Under the pieces are notes generated by a model, which had not been told where the DNA came from, did no database searches, and saw only the letters and a program-made list of their open reading frames with translations. A stretch of DNA of 64,000 nt from the IMG/VR virus record IMGVR_UViG_3300030107_001446, positions 96,001 to 160,000 of that record. One strand, written 5' to 3'. A program made the translations under genes and the position numbers. Every line of letters begins with the position of its first letter. Position 1 is the stretch's first letter. Origin of the DNA: a virus. Shown piece by piece: positions 17,831 through 28,294 of this stretch.

Positions 17831-20800
17831 ATGGCATTAACCCGCTTAAAGAATATTATTACGTCAAGGACTGGTCGTATTATATACGTCAACCCTGACG
17901 ACTTTGATGCGTCTGACGCATATGACAATAGAGGTAACTCAGCATTGCGTCCATTCAAGACATTGCAACGTGCTTTCCTTGAAGTAGCAAGATTCTCTTA
18001 TAGGGTTGGTCTTTCAAACGACGAATTTGACGCATTTAGTATATACCTCTATCCATCAGAGTATGTGGTAGATAATAGACCAGGTATTGCTGACTATAAC
18101 GCAATTCAACCATTTAACGAGAATACTAACTTTGACCTAACTTCCCCCTCTAACGAGCTTTATAAATTCAATTCAACTCGTGGTGGAATTATCGCACCAA
18201 GGGGTGTGTCTGTAATCGGATCTGACCTCAGAAGAACTAAGATTGTACCTAAATTTGTACCATATCCAACAGTACAAGGATCACTTGGTATAACTGCTGC
18301 TAACGAACCAGTTGAGTCTGCTATATTCAAACTAACTGGTGGATGCTATTTCTGGCAGATGTCATTCTTTGATGGTGACAACACAGGTGTATATTATAGG
18401 GATGACCTATCACAAATTGCACCAAACTTCTCACATCATAAGATTACTTGTTTTGAGTTTGCTAATGTAGAAGACTTAGAATTATATTATCAGAAGATAT
18501 CAAAAGGATACGCAGTTATCCCTGATACCTCAGGTATTATAAATCAAGACCAAATGCAACCAAGGATTGAAGAGAATAGAATCGTTGGTCCTATATCTGA
18601 TGAATTTGCAGTATCACAGATTATAAGGAATGGTCAAACTGCAACAGCATTTACCGTGGATGAACTTGGTAACCCCAAGAACCACGGTTTCTCTGTTGGT
18701 GTTGCTGTTAACGTATCGGGAGTTACTGGTCCTACTGACCAAGACGCTCTGCTATACAATGGTAGTTTCCTAGTAACGTCCGCACAGGGTAACCAATTTA
18801 CTTACCAGATGTCTGCTGAGCCATCAGGTAATGCACTAGGTAGCAACGTACTAGTCAAGGTCGAGATTGATACAGTTGACTCTGCTTCGCCATATGTCTT
18901 TAACTGTTCTCTAAGATCAGTGTGGGGTATAAATGGTATGCATGCTGACGGTAGTCAAGCAACAGGTTTCAAGTCAATGGTTGTTGCCCAGTTTACTGGC
19001 ATATCACTTCAGAAAGATGACAGAGCATTCGTCTTATACAACCAAACTACTGGAGCATATGAACCCCAGGCTGCGGGATCTGGTGCTCACATTAATGGAC
19101 TCGCACAATACCGAAAGGGATGGAGACATCGACACATCAAAGCATCAAACGACGCTTTCATCCAAGTCGTCTCTGTGTTCGCAGTCGGATTCGGAGATCA
19201 TTTCTTCTCTGACAGTGGAGGAGACCTCTCGATTACCAACTCGAACTCAAACTTTGGTAACACTTCTCTCCGATCTAAAGGCTTTAAAGCAGCAGCGTTT
19301 ACGAAGGATAAAGCAGGGCAGATAACACACGTTATACCACCCAAAGATCTGAGTGATGTTGAGGAGATATCTATCAACTGGGTGACCATTGATATATCTA
19401 AGACGAAGAGTGTTGCAGACCCAACAAAACTATTTCTCTACGGTTATACGGTAGAGACAGGCCGACCACCAAGCAAAGTGCAGGGATATACTGTAGGTGC
19501 TAGAAGGGATGATGTTAATACCCCTGATAGACTATATGTGCTCTTGATTGCCTCTGGTGCATCGGAACCAACTACACATTATGCAGAAATCAATCCGAGT
19601 GGTACCACAGTTACAGGTACTAGGTCAGGTGATGATGAATCACCTATCAAGTGGGATGAAGTAAACGCCCAGTGGTATATTCAGGTAGATGGAGCACAGA
19701 ATACTATCTACACTACACTACAGGCAAACAGTCTCTATCAGAACCTTGGATTCACACCTACTACATTCGTAAGGAGAATACCAGATGCTAGGAACTTGGT
19801 TGATAGGATATACAGGTATCGCTATGTATTGGACAAGGATTCATTCCCTGTTCCCAGACAGCCCATTACTGGTTTCGTTTTACAGCCACGAAGTAGTGAG
19901 ACCAATAGTCCTGCATATAGTAAAACCTATTACATATATGCTGTAGAAACACATGTAGAGTTCGTCCGAGGTGTGACTGACGGTGTATACTATCTGACAT
20001 TCTTGAATGCTAGTGTATCTCCATCAACATCTAACTTTAATGACTTTGCATTCTCACAGGCAACAGTAGATTTATATCCTGCATTTGACAGAGATAATCC
20101 AGTTGCTGACCCTTCTGCTGCGGTATCTATCGCAAGTAATGAAACTCTCGGTGTTGTTACTACCACTGACGGTGCTTCACCAACTCCTAATGAGGACACA
20201 CAAAGAAGTATCACTAAGGAAACATCTCAGTTTATTCTATTAGAATCTGAGAATAACTTAGGATATAATACTACTTCAAACGTATTGAATGGTATTAGTG
20301 TCACATCCAGATTAGGTGATGCTGAAGAAAGAAAGATTGCACTCAAACTAAATGCTGACAACTCAGTACAACCGATACTTGTAGAGTTACGAAGGTATTC
20401 AATCCTTAGAGCATCGGGTCACACGTTTGAGTATCTAGGTTTTGGTCCAGGAAACTACTCAACTGCATTCCCATCTACACAGGTGGAGGTATTAAGTAAG
20501 GATGCAGTTAGACTATCACAGTCACTTAAGGAGTCAGCAGGTGTTGCTTACTACTCAGGTGTTAACAGTGATGGTGAGTTATTCGTTGGTAACCAGGTTA
20601 TTAACCCAGTTACAGGTCAGATAACCAATGAAGATATTGCCCAATTAAATGTGTTGGGTGAAGAAGGTACAACTATTGAAACCTTCTCAGAGATTGTGCT
20701 TACTGATAAACTAACAGTTATTGGTGGTGCATCTAACCAGTTAGAATCTGTATTCTCAGGTCCAGTTACATTCCAGAAGAAAGTAACATCGCAGGATTTA

Positions 20801-21403
20801 ATACAGTCTCTTAACTACACATATGCCAACGAAGATGGCACAGTGTTAAGGAACACATTCCTTGCTGAGGATGATGGTACTGGTAATCCAGTAACTCAGA
20901 CAGGTGCTGCTTATAATAGTGGCGACATCGCATATAATATAGATTGGAGTCCAGGAACCTTTATAGGATGGATGTATGATACAGGTATCTGGTATAAATT
21001 CGGTCTAAGTGACACTGCACCTATCGTATCTCAGAGATATGCAGGTGTAACTCATTATGGTATTGGTGAAGCACCTGATGCTTTGAATAGATTTAGAATT
21101 ACAGGTAATATTGCTATTACTGGTGATATTGATGTATCAGGTAAATATGGTTGTGCAGACAAATATACTCTCGCAACTGGTGTCAACAGTGGTAATAATG
21201 GTGTAATGTATTCGGGAGATGGTATTACTAATACCTTCGCTATATCTCCTGGTCATACAGCATATTCATTAATGGTATTCTTAAATGGTGTATGTCAGAG
21301 GCCAGCAACAGACTATACAGTCACAGGTAATGCTGTAGACTTCTCAGTTGGTACTACTCCTCAAAATGGAGATAACATACAAATTCGTGAACTTGTTATC
21401 TAA
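17831..21403 (+). CDS. Large tail-fibre-like virion protein (1190 aa)
   Basis: MALTRL...IIYVNPDDFDASD...RPFKTLQRA N-terminus, beta-helix-like VVAQFTG/VSVFAVG, C-terminal LMVFLNGVCQRP...YTV...IQIREL. Confidence 0.8.
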   Translation: MALTRLKNIITSRTGRIIYVNPDDFDASDAYDNRGNSALRPFKTLQRAFLEVARFSYRVGLSNDEFDAFSIYLYPSEYVVDNRPGIADYNAIQPFNENTNFDLTSPSNELYKFNSTRGGIIAPRGVSVIGSDLRRTKIVPKFVPYPTVQGSLGITAANEPVESAIFKLTGGCYFWQMSFFDGDNTGVYYRDDLSQIAPNFSHHKITCFEFANVEDLELYYQKISKGYAVIPDTSGIINQDQMQPRIEENRIVGPISDEFAVSQIIRNGQTATAFTVDELGNPKNHGFSVGVAVNVSGVTGPTDQDALLYNGSFLVTSAQGNQFTYQMSAEPSGNALGSNVLVKVEIDTVDSASPYVFNCSLRSVWGINGMHADGSQATGFKSMVVAQFTGISLQKDDRAFVLYNQTTGAYEPQAAGSGAHINGLAQYRKGWRHRHIKASNDAFIQVVSVFAVGFGDHFFSDSGGDLSITNSNSNFGNTSLRSKGFKAAAFTKDKAGQITHVIPPKDLSDVEEISINWVTIDISKTKSVADPTKLFLYGYTVETGRPPSKVQGYTVGARRDDVNTPDRLYVLLIASGASEPTTHYAEINPSGTTVTGTRSGDDESPIKWDEVNAQWYIQVDGAQNTIYTTLQANSLYQNLGFTPTTFVRRIPDARNLVDRIYRYRYVLDKDSFPVPRQPITGFVLQPRSSETNSPAYSKTYYIYAVETHVEFVRGVTDGVYYLTFLNASVSPSTSNFNDFAFSQATVDLYPAFDRDNPVADPSAAVSIASNETLGVVTTTDGASPTPNEDTQRSITKETSQFILLESENNLGYNTTSNVLNGISVTSRLGDAEERKIALKLNADNSVQPILVELRRYSILRASGHTFEYLGFGPGNYSTAFPSTQVEVLSKDAVRLSQSLKESAGVAYYSGVNSDGELFVGNQVINPVTGQITNEDIAQLNVLGEEGTTIETFSEIVLTDKLTVIGGASNQLESVFSGPVTFQKKVTSQDLIQSLNYTYANEDGTVLRNTFLAEDDGTGNPVTQTGAAYNSGDIAYNIDWSPGTFIGWMYDTGIWYKFGLSDTAPIVSQRYAGVTHYGIGEAPDALNRFRITGNIAITGDIDVSGKYGCADKYTLATGVNSGNNGVMYSGDGITNTFAISPGHTAYSLMVFLNGVCQRPATDYTVTGNAVDFSVGTTPQNGDNIQIRELVI

Positions 21404-21425
21404 ATAGTAATAATAGAGGTGATAC

Positions 21426-22298
21426 ATGTCCACCAAAATTATAGGAAATCAGATTGATGCGACCACTCGTGCAATTATAGAAGCACTACAGGTTACAGAG
21501 CAAATCAATCTTCCTTCACTAAACCAAACTCAAGTCAATGCATTAGGTGCACCTGCCTACGGTACGTTAATCTATAACAATACCGAGGACATGGCACAAA
21601 TCTACAAGCAGGACGCTGCTCAAGGTGTTCCTGGATGGGATGACGTGGGTGGTGGAGGTCCATCGGTTGGTGAAAATAGTATTATTAGGACTAATGGTCC
21701 AACTATAGAAGAGAATTTAACTATAGGTCCAGTTGCTAACGGTGGTGCTGAATTTACCAACGGTTTTAGTGCAGGTCCTGTTAGTATTGCAAACGGATTT
21801 ACAGTAACTATCGAGAATGGTGCGACATGGAACATTATCGGTGGTGAAGATTACGAAGGTTTAGAAGTTGCTAGTGTCATATCAGGTACTGGTGATTTCT
21901 CACAGTTATTACATTGGACTACAACTAAGGAAGCAGTTACATACTATCAAACAAGTGGTACTGTAACTCACGACTTTAATTCAAGTTCAGTAGTATATGT
22001 GCAAAAAACAGGTGGAGGTAACTTTACTCTCAACCTAAACAACTTACCTACAACTGATGAAGGTGGTATCTATAGATTTACAGTTATCATTGAAAATGCA
22101 GGAGGTAATGGAGTCCCTACTACATTTAATATTAATGGGGTCAACACTGGTTTACAGTGGAGAAATTCAGGTACCAGTAGTCACAGTTATACATTCCAAC
22201 GCATTGAGTATTATATCATCGCAAGGCAACCACCAGGCGAAGATGATTACTTCTATACAGTATTAGCTGGTGATTATGGCAACAATGGTTATGACTAA
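21426..22298 (+). CDS. Virion structural/tail-fibre-associated protein (290 aa)
   Basis: GTLIYNNTED, SIIRTNG...SAGPVSIANGFTVTIENGATWNII motifs common in phage fibres; own late promoter. Confidence 0.7.
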   Translation: MSTKIIGNQIDATTRAIIEALQVTEQINLPSLNQTQVNALGAPAYGTLIYNNTEDMAQIYKQDAAQGVPGWDDVGGGGPSVGENSIIRTNGPTIEENLTIGPVANGGAEFTNGFSAGPVSIANGFTVTIENGATWNIIGGEDYEGLEVASVISGTGDFSQLLHWTTTKEAVTYYQTSGTVTHDFNSSSVVYVQKTGGGNFTLNLNNLPTTDEGGIYRFTVIIENAGGNGVPTTFNINGVNTGLQWRNSGTSSHSYTFQRIEYYIIARQPPGEDDYFYTVLAGDYGNNGYD

Positions 22299-22321
22299 AT
22301 AGTTTGGAGATTATTGATTAG

Positions 22322-23134
22322 ATGGCACAGTTAAACATCGGAGCAATAAAAGACCTTGGTGGTATAGGTGGATTCACTTTTACATCTGGGGGAATTACAT
22401 GTAACGGTACTCTTAATGTTACTAACATTATGATTGACGGTACGATTGCTGGATCCTCTGCGTTCATTCTTCCCAACCCATCAGGTCATGCTGAGGAATA
22501 TATCTCTAACAATGGTAGTAACCTAACATGGGGTAATCTATCAACTGCTTCTGGTGTTCGCTCAATGCAAGTGTGGACTGGAAATGGTACATGGAACAAA
22601 CCAGAGTCTAGCGTCAAGACTATTTGTGTATTCTGCACAGGTGCAGGTGGCGGTGGATCAGGTCATGGAGAAGGTGGCGGTGCAGGAGGTACCGCAGTAA
22701 GACAATTAGATGTTACTAACATATCATCAGTATCTGTAACAATAGGAAACCCAGGTGGTGGTACTAACTATGCAGGATGTGGTGGTAATGGTAACGGTTC
22801 AAGTTTTGGTGGATATTGCTCTGCCAGTGGTGGATACGGTGCAAACTGTAGGTCACAGTATACTGGAGGAATCGGAGGAAATGGTTCTGGAGGAGCACTA
22901 AACATCTATGGTGGAGGTGGCGGTGGTCACGGACACTATTATAACTATGGTAACCATGGTGGTTCATCATCCTATTGGGGTGGCACACAACCATCATCAC
23001 ACTCTCAGTCAAACTATGCTCATAGACACCAGTCTCATTGTGCATGGGGAGCAGGAGGAAACGGATCCCGACATGGTAACAGAGGTGCTAGAGGTCGTGA
23101 GGGAGTCGTGGTTGTCCATGAGTTCTATGGATAA
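22322..23134 (+). CDS. Gly-rich tail-fibre-like protein, paralog A (270 aa)
   Basis: MQVWTGNGTWNKP...GAGGGGSG...GARGREGVVVVHEFYG. Confidence 0.75.
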   Translation: MAQLNIGAIKDLGGIGGFTFTSGGITCNGTLNVTNIMIDGTIAGSSAFILPNPSGHAEEYISNNGSNLTWGNLSTASGVRSMQVWTGNGTWNKPESSVKTICVFCTGAGGGGSGHGEGGGAGGTAVRQLDVTNISSVSVTIGNPGGGTNYAGCGGNGNGSSFGGYCSASGGYGANCRSQYTGGIGGNGSGGALNIYGGGGGGHGHYYNYGNHGGSSSYWGGTQPSSHSQSNYAHRHQSHCAWGAGGNGSRHGNRGARGREGVVVVHEFYG

Positions 23135-23156
23135 ATACAACAGGATAAATTAAACA

Positions 23157-23966
23157 ATGTCTAAACTTAGAGTATCCGCTATTAAAGATTTAACAGGTGC
23201 AAATGGGTTCATGCTTGCAGGTGGTAGTATCACTGCATCTACAACTCTAACTGTATCTAACATTGTTATTAATGGTAATATTATGGGTGGGTCAACTTAT
23301 AATGTCCCAGATCAAGGTGGTAACGCAGGTAAGGCATTGATGTCAAATGGTTCTGGATTTGAGTGGGTTGAAGTTGCTGCTGCATCTGGTATTCGCTCTA
23401 TGCAGACATGGACATCCAATGGTACATGGACTAAACCTAATGATGTGACATCTATCATCGTAACCGTAGTTGGTGCAGGTGGTGGAGGATCAGGATATAA
23501 TGAATCAGGTGGTGCAGGTGGTATGTCAGAAAGAGTTATTGATGTAACTAACGTATCATCAGTATCTGTATCAATCGGTAATCCAGGTGGTGGTTCTAAC
23601 TACTCAGGATGTGGAGGAAGTGGTAACACATCTTCATTCGGTAGTTATTGCAGTGCTTCTGGAGGATATGGTGCTAACTGTAGACAACAGCATGCAGGTG
23701 GTATCGGTGGAAATGGTTCAGGTGGTAACCTGAATATATACGGTGGTGGAGGTAACGGACACGGTTCTTACTGGGCGTTCGGTAACGTCACCGCAGGTAG
23801 ATCATTCATGGGAGGATCACAACCTTCATCCCATGGTCAAGGAAATTATGCTCACAACCATCAATCTCACTGTGCTTGGGGTGCAGGAGGAAATGGTGGA
23901 CAGCATGGAGCACGAGGTGCTAGAGGTCGTGAAGGTGTCGTTATTGTTCAGGAGTTTTACGGATGA
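23157..23966 (+). CDS. Gly-rich tail-fibre-like protein, paralog B (269 aa)
   Basis: Collinear with paralog A; ends GARGREGVVIVQEFYG. Confidence 0.75.
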   Translation: MSKLRVSAIKDLTGANGFMLAGGSITASTTLTVSNIVINGNIMGGSTYNVPDQGGNAGKALMSNGSGFEWVEVAAASGIRSMQTWTSNGTWTKPNDVTSIIVTVVGAGGGGSGYNESGGAGGMSERVIDVTNVSSVSVSIGNPGGGSNYSGCGGSGNTSSFGSYCSASGGYGANCRQQHAGGIGGNGSGGNLNIYGGGGNGHGSYWAFGNVTAGRSFMGGSQPSSHGQGNYAHNHQSHCAWGAGGNGGQHGARGARGREGVVIVQEFYG

Positions 23967-24784
23967 GTGTTCTTAAGGTATCACAAGTTACTGACATTAC
24001 TGGACTGGGTGGTTTTGCCCTATCGTCTGGTAACATCACGTGTGCAGGGACACTTAAGGTTAATGATATAAACATTAACGGTACTATAACAGGGTCATCT
24101 ACACATATCATACCTAGTATGAGTGGTCAGTCAGGAAGATTTTTGAGCACAGATGGCACAAACCTAGTTTGGTCAACTGAGTTCCAAAGTGGTGGCGGGG
24201 GTGCAGGTTTCAGATCTATGCAGGTTTGGACTTCTAATGGTACATGGAATAGACCCAGTGATGTCAGAACTATCAAAGTTGTACTTGTAGGTGCAGGTGG
24301 TGGTGGAACTGGTTGCGGTGAGTCTGGTGGTGCAGGTGGACATAGTGAAAGAGTAATAGATGTACAAAACGTTTCTTCAGTTTCAGTCTCAGTAGGTAAC
24401 CCAGGTGGTGGTACAAACTATGCAGGATGTGGCGGTAACGGAAATGGCACAAGTTTTGGAGGTTATTGTTCCGCCTCAGGAGGATATGGAGCAAACTGTA
24501 GGCAGCAGCATGCAGGTGGTATTGGAGGAAATGGATCTGGTGGTAATATAAACACCTACGGTGGTGGTGGAAATGGATGGGGTTGGTGGTCAATCTATGG
24601 TCAGCATCAAGCAGGTGCATCATACTTTGGCGGTACACAACCATCCAGTCACCAACAATCTAACTACGCACACAGACACCAATCACATTGTGCTTGGGGT
24701 GCAGGTGGTCAGGGTTCCATGTTTGGTAACAGAGGAGCAAGAGGACGTGAAGGTGTGGTTGTAGTATATGAATATTATGGTTAA
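23963..24784 (+). CDS. Gly-rich tail-fibre-like protein, paralog C (273 aa)
   Basis: Collinear with paralogs A and B; ends GARGREGVVVVYEYYG. Confidence 0.75.
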   Translation: MSVLKVSQVTDITGLGGFALSSGNITCAGTLKVNDININGTITGSSTHIIPSMSGQSGRFLSTDGTNLVWSTEFQSGGGGAGFRSMQVWTSNGTWNRPSDVRTIKVVLVGAGGGGTGCGESGGAGGHSERVIDVQNVSSVSVSVGNPGGGTNYAGCGGNGNGTSFGGYCSASGGYGANCRQQHAGGIGGNGSGGNINTYGGGGNGWGWWSIYGQHQAGASYFGGTQPSSHQQSNYAHRHQSHCAWGAGGQGSMFGNRGARGREGVVVVYEYYG

Positions 24785-24814
24785 TAAATACATCAGAGGT
24801 TTCAAGTAACTATT

Positions 24815-25246
24815 ATGGCTAAATGGGCTATCGTTGAAGCATCCTCAGGTGGTCTCAGTGATATCTGTGATGAAGCAGATAAATTTGAGATCTATGAAGG
24901 AGCAGATTCAAACATGAAATGGGTCGAAGTACCCGATGACACAACTTACTCACATTATATGGCGAATGGTACCATATATGATAGTGCAGATGATCAAGAT
25001 TCCGTTGTAGAAGCAATGTTGAATCGTACTGAAGCATATGGTCCAGTGGGTGACCAACTCGATATGATGTATCGAGATCAGGTAAACAGTACTAATGAGT
25101 GGAGAACACACATTAATAATGTTAAAACTAATACTGCTAAACCATCCACAGTAACACAAACTAAATCAAACGATCCTAAGAGGATTCAATTACAAGGACG
25201 CAAAGCATGGGATCCTTGGGTTGACAACTGGGTACCACCAGGGTAG
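24815..25246 (+). CDS. Tail-fibre assembly/chaperone-like protein (143 aa)
   Basis: R..AY..VGDQLDMMY...W..HI..VK motif seen downstream of fibre genes in marine phages. Confidence 0.55.
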   Translation: MAKWAIVEASSGGLSDICDEADKFEIYEGADSNMKWVEVPDDTTYSHYMANGTIYDSADDQDSVVEAMLNRTEAYGPVGDQLDMMYRDQVNSTNEWRTHINNVKTNTAKPSTVTQTKSNDPKRIQLQGRKAWDPWVDNWVPPG

Positions 25247-25249
25247 AAT
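25221..25249 (+). promoter_or_regulatory. Sigma70-type promoter of the halogenase/oxygenase operon
   Basis: TTGACA-17 nt-TAGAAT, 20 nt before the ATG at 25270. Confidence 0.8.
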
Positions 25250-25269
25250 ATACTGATAATTCTCTTATT

Positions 25270-26730
25270 ATGAAGTTTGCGATTGTTGGTGGCGGTACCG
25301 CAGGATGGATGACTGCTGCTACTTTAATAAGACAATTTCCACAGGCGGATCTTACACTCTATGAGAGTGATAAGGTACCGCCTATTGGCGTTGGAGAGTC
25401 AACAACTCAATTCTTTAGAGTATGGTTAAAGTTCCTTGGACTCAAGGATGAAGAGTGGATGGCAGCATGTGATGCTACCTATAAAGTATCAGTAATGTTC
25501 CATGGATTCCATGATGTAGATGATTCACCATGGCAATATCCATTTGGCATCCCAAGAGCAGATACATATACTCCTGACTATTGGTTTTATAAACAATCTC
25601 AAGAAGGATTTCCAGGATCCAGACTAGCGGAGGACTACAACCTAGCAGCACAATGTGCTATAAGAAATAAACTACCTGTTGGTGAGTATGCAAATGAGTA
25701 TTATGATTTGCAGAAATCAGCAGGTTTTCATTTTAATGCTAGTAAGTTTGCTATATGGTTAAGAGATAACTATTGCTTACCTAAAGGTGTTAAGCATGTA
25801 ATTAAAGATATAAAGAAGAAACCGAAGGCAGACTTAGTATTTGATTGCACAGGGTTTGCATCTAAATTTAATAAGTCTAAGTGGATATCATTTGAAGATT
25901 GGTTACCAAATAATAGTGCATGGGTAACACGTGTGCATTATGATGATAAGGATACACAAATCAAACCATGTACTGATTGCACAGCATTAAGTAGTGGGTG
26001 GGTATGGAATGTACCAACCTATGAGACTATAGGTACAGGATATGTATTTTGTGATAAATTCATTTCGCCAGAGAATGCCCGAAAAGAGTTTAGGAAACAT
26101 CTAGCAAAGAATGTGCAGAGTGATGCTGCATTATATACTGATAAGATGTTCCGTCTTATTAAATTTAAAACTGGTAGAAGAGAGGAGATATGGAAAGGCA
26201 ATGTAGTTTCTATTGGACTATCAGCAGGATTTATAGAACCATTAGAATCTAATGGATTATTATCTGTGCATAACTTCTTACTTAATTTCATTAGATGTTA
26301 TAGGGGTAAGGTAGTAACTCAATTCACTAGAGATACATTTAATAACCATTGTAATCATACATTTGATTCGTTTGCATCATTTGTTGCTATGCATTATGCT
26401 CTTACTCAACGTAATGATTCACCATATTGGAAGCATATTCAAAATATTAAATATCCATATGATTCTGCTGTACAGGCAGCACAGATACTACATATGGAAA
26501 GCAGTTCCAATTTCCATAAAAAATTATCCTATGAAAATTTTAGTAACGAGGGATTATTCTATGTTATTGCAGGTCACAACTGGAATCCATTTACATCACC
26601 AATTGAACATGAGATGAGATTGTTTAGTGATATGCCAGATATTCCAGAGGATATCCAATGGAATGAAGAGGAATTTGATAAGATGCCATTACCTATGGAT
26701 TATTATAAGGAGAAAATATATGCAAGTTGA
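25270..26730 (+). CDS. prnA: Flavin-dependent tryptophan halogenase-like protein 1
   Basis: IVGGGTAGW, IGVGEST, CDATYK (catalytic Lys), GWVWNVP, FIEPLESNG. Confidence 0.9.
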   Translation: MKFAIVGGGTAGWMTAATLIRQFPQADLTLYESDKVPPIGVGESTTQFFRVWLKFLGLKDEEWMAACDATYKVSVMFHGFHDVDDSPWQYPFGIPRADTYTPDYWFYKQSQEGFPGSRLAEDYNLAAQCAIRNKLPVGEYANEYYDLQKSAGFHFNASKFAIWLRDNYCLPKGVKHVIKDIKKKPKADLVFDCTGFASKFNKSKWISFEDWLPNNSAWVTRVHYDDKDTQIKPCTDCTALSSGWVWNVPTYETIGTGYVFCDKFISPENARKEFRKHLAKNVQSDAALYTDKMFRLIKFKTGRREEIWKGNVVSIGLSAGFIEPLESNGLLSVHNFLLNFIRCYRGKVVTQFTRDTFNNHCNHTFDSFASFVAMHYALTQRNDSPYWKHIQNIKYPYDSAVQAAQILHMESSSNFHKKLSYENFSNEGLFYVIAGHNWNPFTSPIEHEMRLFSDMPDIPEDIQWNEEEFDKMPLPMDYYKEKIYAS

Positions 26731-28294
26731 ATCTATTTGTATTGTAGGAGGTGGATCCTCAGGATGGATGACAGCAGCATTGTTATCTAAAGAGCATCCA
26801 GAAATAGAAATAGCACTGATAGAGGATCCAAATATACCTACCATAGGTGTGGGTGAATCTACACTAGGACATTTCAATAGGTTTCTTATTAGACTAGGAC
26901 TAGAAGATAAAGATTGGATGCCATTTTGTGATGCAACATATAAATCATCTATTGGATTCAAGAATTTTAGAGAGGGTAAGGGTGAGAGGTTCCAATATCC
27001 ATTTGGTAGATTTGAGTGGGATCCAGACCAGATGGATGCTATATCTAATTTCTTTGAGTTGCAGAATGAAATAGGTAAGGATGTATATCCACCAGAAGAG
27101 TTTGCAAGATATGCTAATAAGGTTACATACTTAGCAGAATATAATAAGATGGTGGAAGAGATACCTGACTCTAATTTTAGATTTAAGGTACATACAGCAT
27201 ATCATTTAGATGCTAATAAGTTTGGTGAGTTTCTAAAGAATAAAGCATCATCTGTACATCATATACTTGCTAAGGTAGAGAATGTAATTAAGACACCTGA
27301 TGGTAGTATTCATAGTATTATTACTGATGAGGGTAATACTATTAGTGCTGACCTATTTGTAGATTGCACAGGATTTAAATCATTATTATTAGAACAACAC
27401 ATGGGTGTTAAGTTTAACTCATGTAAGGATATGTTGTTTAATGATAGAGCATTGGCAACACATATTGACTATGATGATAAAGAGACACAGATGGTACCTT
27501 ATACCGATTGTGTTGCATTATCTAACGGATGGGTGTATAATATACCATTATGGAGCAATATCGGAACTGGATATGTATATTCCAGTGACTATATTAGTGA
27601 CGAGGATGCAGAGGAAGAGTTTAGAAATTATCTACCAGAATCTGCTAAAGATTGCTCATTAATGCCCATCAAAATTAAACATGGTGTGCATGAGGTGGGA
27701 TGGATTAAGAATGTTGTTGGTATTGGATTAGCATATGGATTCTTAGAACCATTAGAATCTACTGGTCTGATGACTACACATGAGAATGCTATATTCTTAT
27801 CTGATTTGTTATCACAGCGTAACGGTATCATCACGGAGCATTCAAGGAGTGTATATAATTTCTCAGCACAAAAGACATACGAGAGCATGAAGATATTCAT
27901 ATCTATGCATTATAGTTTGTCAGCAAGAGAGGATAATGATTATTGGTCTGATTGTACAAATACTATTGAATACCCAGGTGTGAAGGGTACCATGTTACAT
28001 GGTAATTTTGCTAGTATGGATGCATTAACAGATTATTATGCATTATTAGATGGATTAAATAATAGATTCTATTCACAGAAGAGATTGGATGGTCTGATTT
28101 ATATTGGAGCAGGTCAAGATATATCTCCTATTAGTAAAGCAATGTATGATGAGAAAAATTCAGTCACACCTGAGAAGAAAGAATATATAAGAGACATACA
28201 CAAAGAATATCAAATTCATAAAAAAGAAACTATTGAGTGGTTCAAAAAGCAACCATCTCATTACCAATATTTGAAGGATAATATCCATGTTTAA
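26720..28294 (+). CDS. prnA: Flavin-dependent tryptophan halogenase-like protein 2 (start moved to ATG 26720; 524 aa)
   Basis: MQVESICIVGGGSSGW, IGVGEST, CDATYK, ADLFVDCTGF, GWVYNIP, FLEPLESTG. Confidence 0.92.
   Translation: MQVESICIVGGGSSGWMTAALLSKEHPEIEIALIEDPNIPTIGVGESTLGHFNRFLIRLGLEDKDWMPFCDATYKSSIGFKNFREGKGERFQYPFGRFEWDPDQMDAISNFFELQNEIGKDVYPPEEFARYANKVTYLAEYNKMVEEIPDSNFRFKVHTAYHLDANKFGEFLKNKASSVHHILAKVENVIKTPDGSIHSIITDEGNTISADLFVDCTGFKSLLLEQHMGVKFNSCKDMLFNDRALATHIDYDDKETQMVPYTDCVALSNGWVYNIPLWSNIGTGYVYSSDYISDEDAEEEFRNYLPESAKDCSLMPIKIKHGVHEVGWIKNVVGIGLAYGFLEPLESTGLMTTHENAIFLSDLLSQRNGIITEHSRSVYNFSAQKTYESMKIFISMHYSLSAREDNDYWSDCTNTIEYPGVKGTMLHGNFASMDALTDYYALLDGLNNRFYSQKRLDGLIYIGAGQDISPISKAMYDEKNSVTPEKKEYIRDIHKEYQIHKKETIEWFKKQPSHYQYLKDNIHV

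Noticed and set aside
22322-24784. Possible diversity-generating retroelement (TR/VR) among the repeated Gly-rich genes
   Set aside because: No reverse transcriptase in the window, and differences between copies are not adenine-specific.
26627-26719. Longer N-terminus for halogenase 2 given by the ORF track
   Set aside because: It overlaps halogenase 1 by about 100 nt; the Rossmann motif starts right after ATG 26720, which has a GGAG SD.
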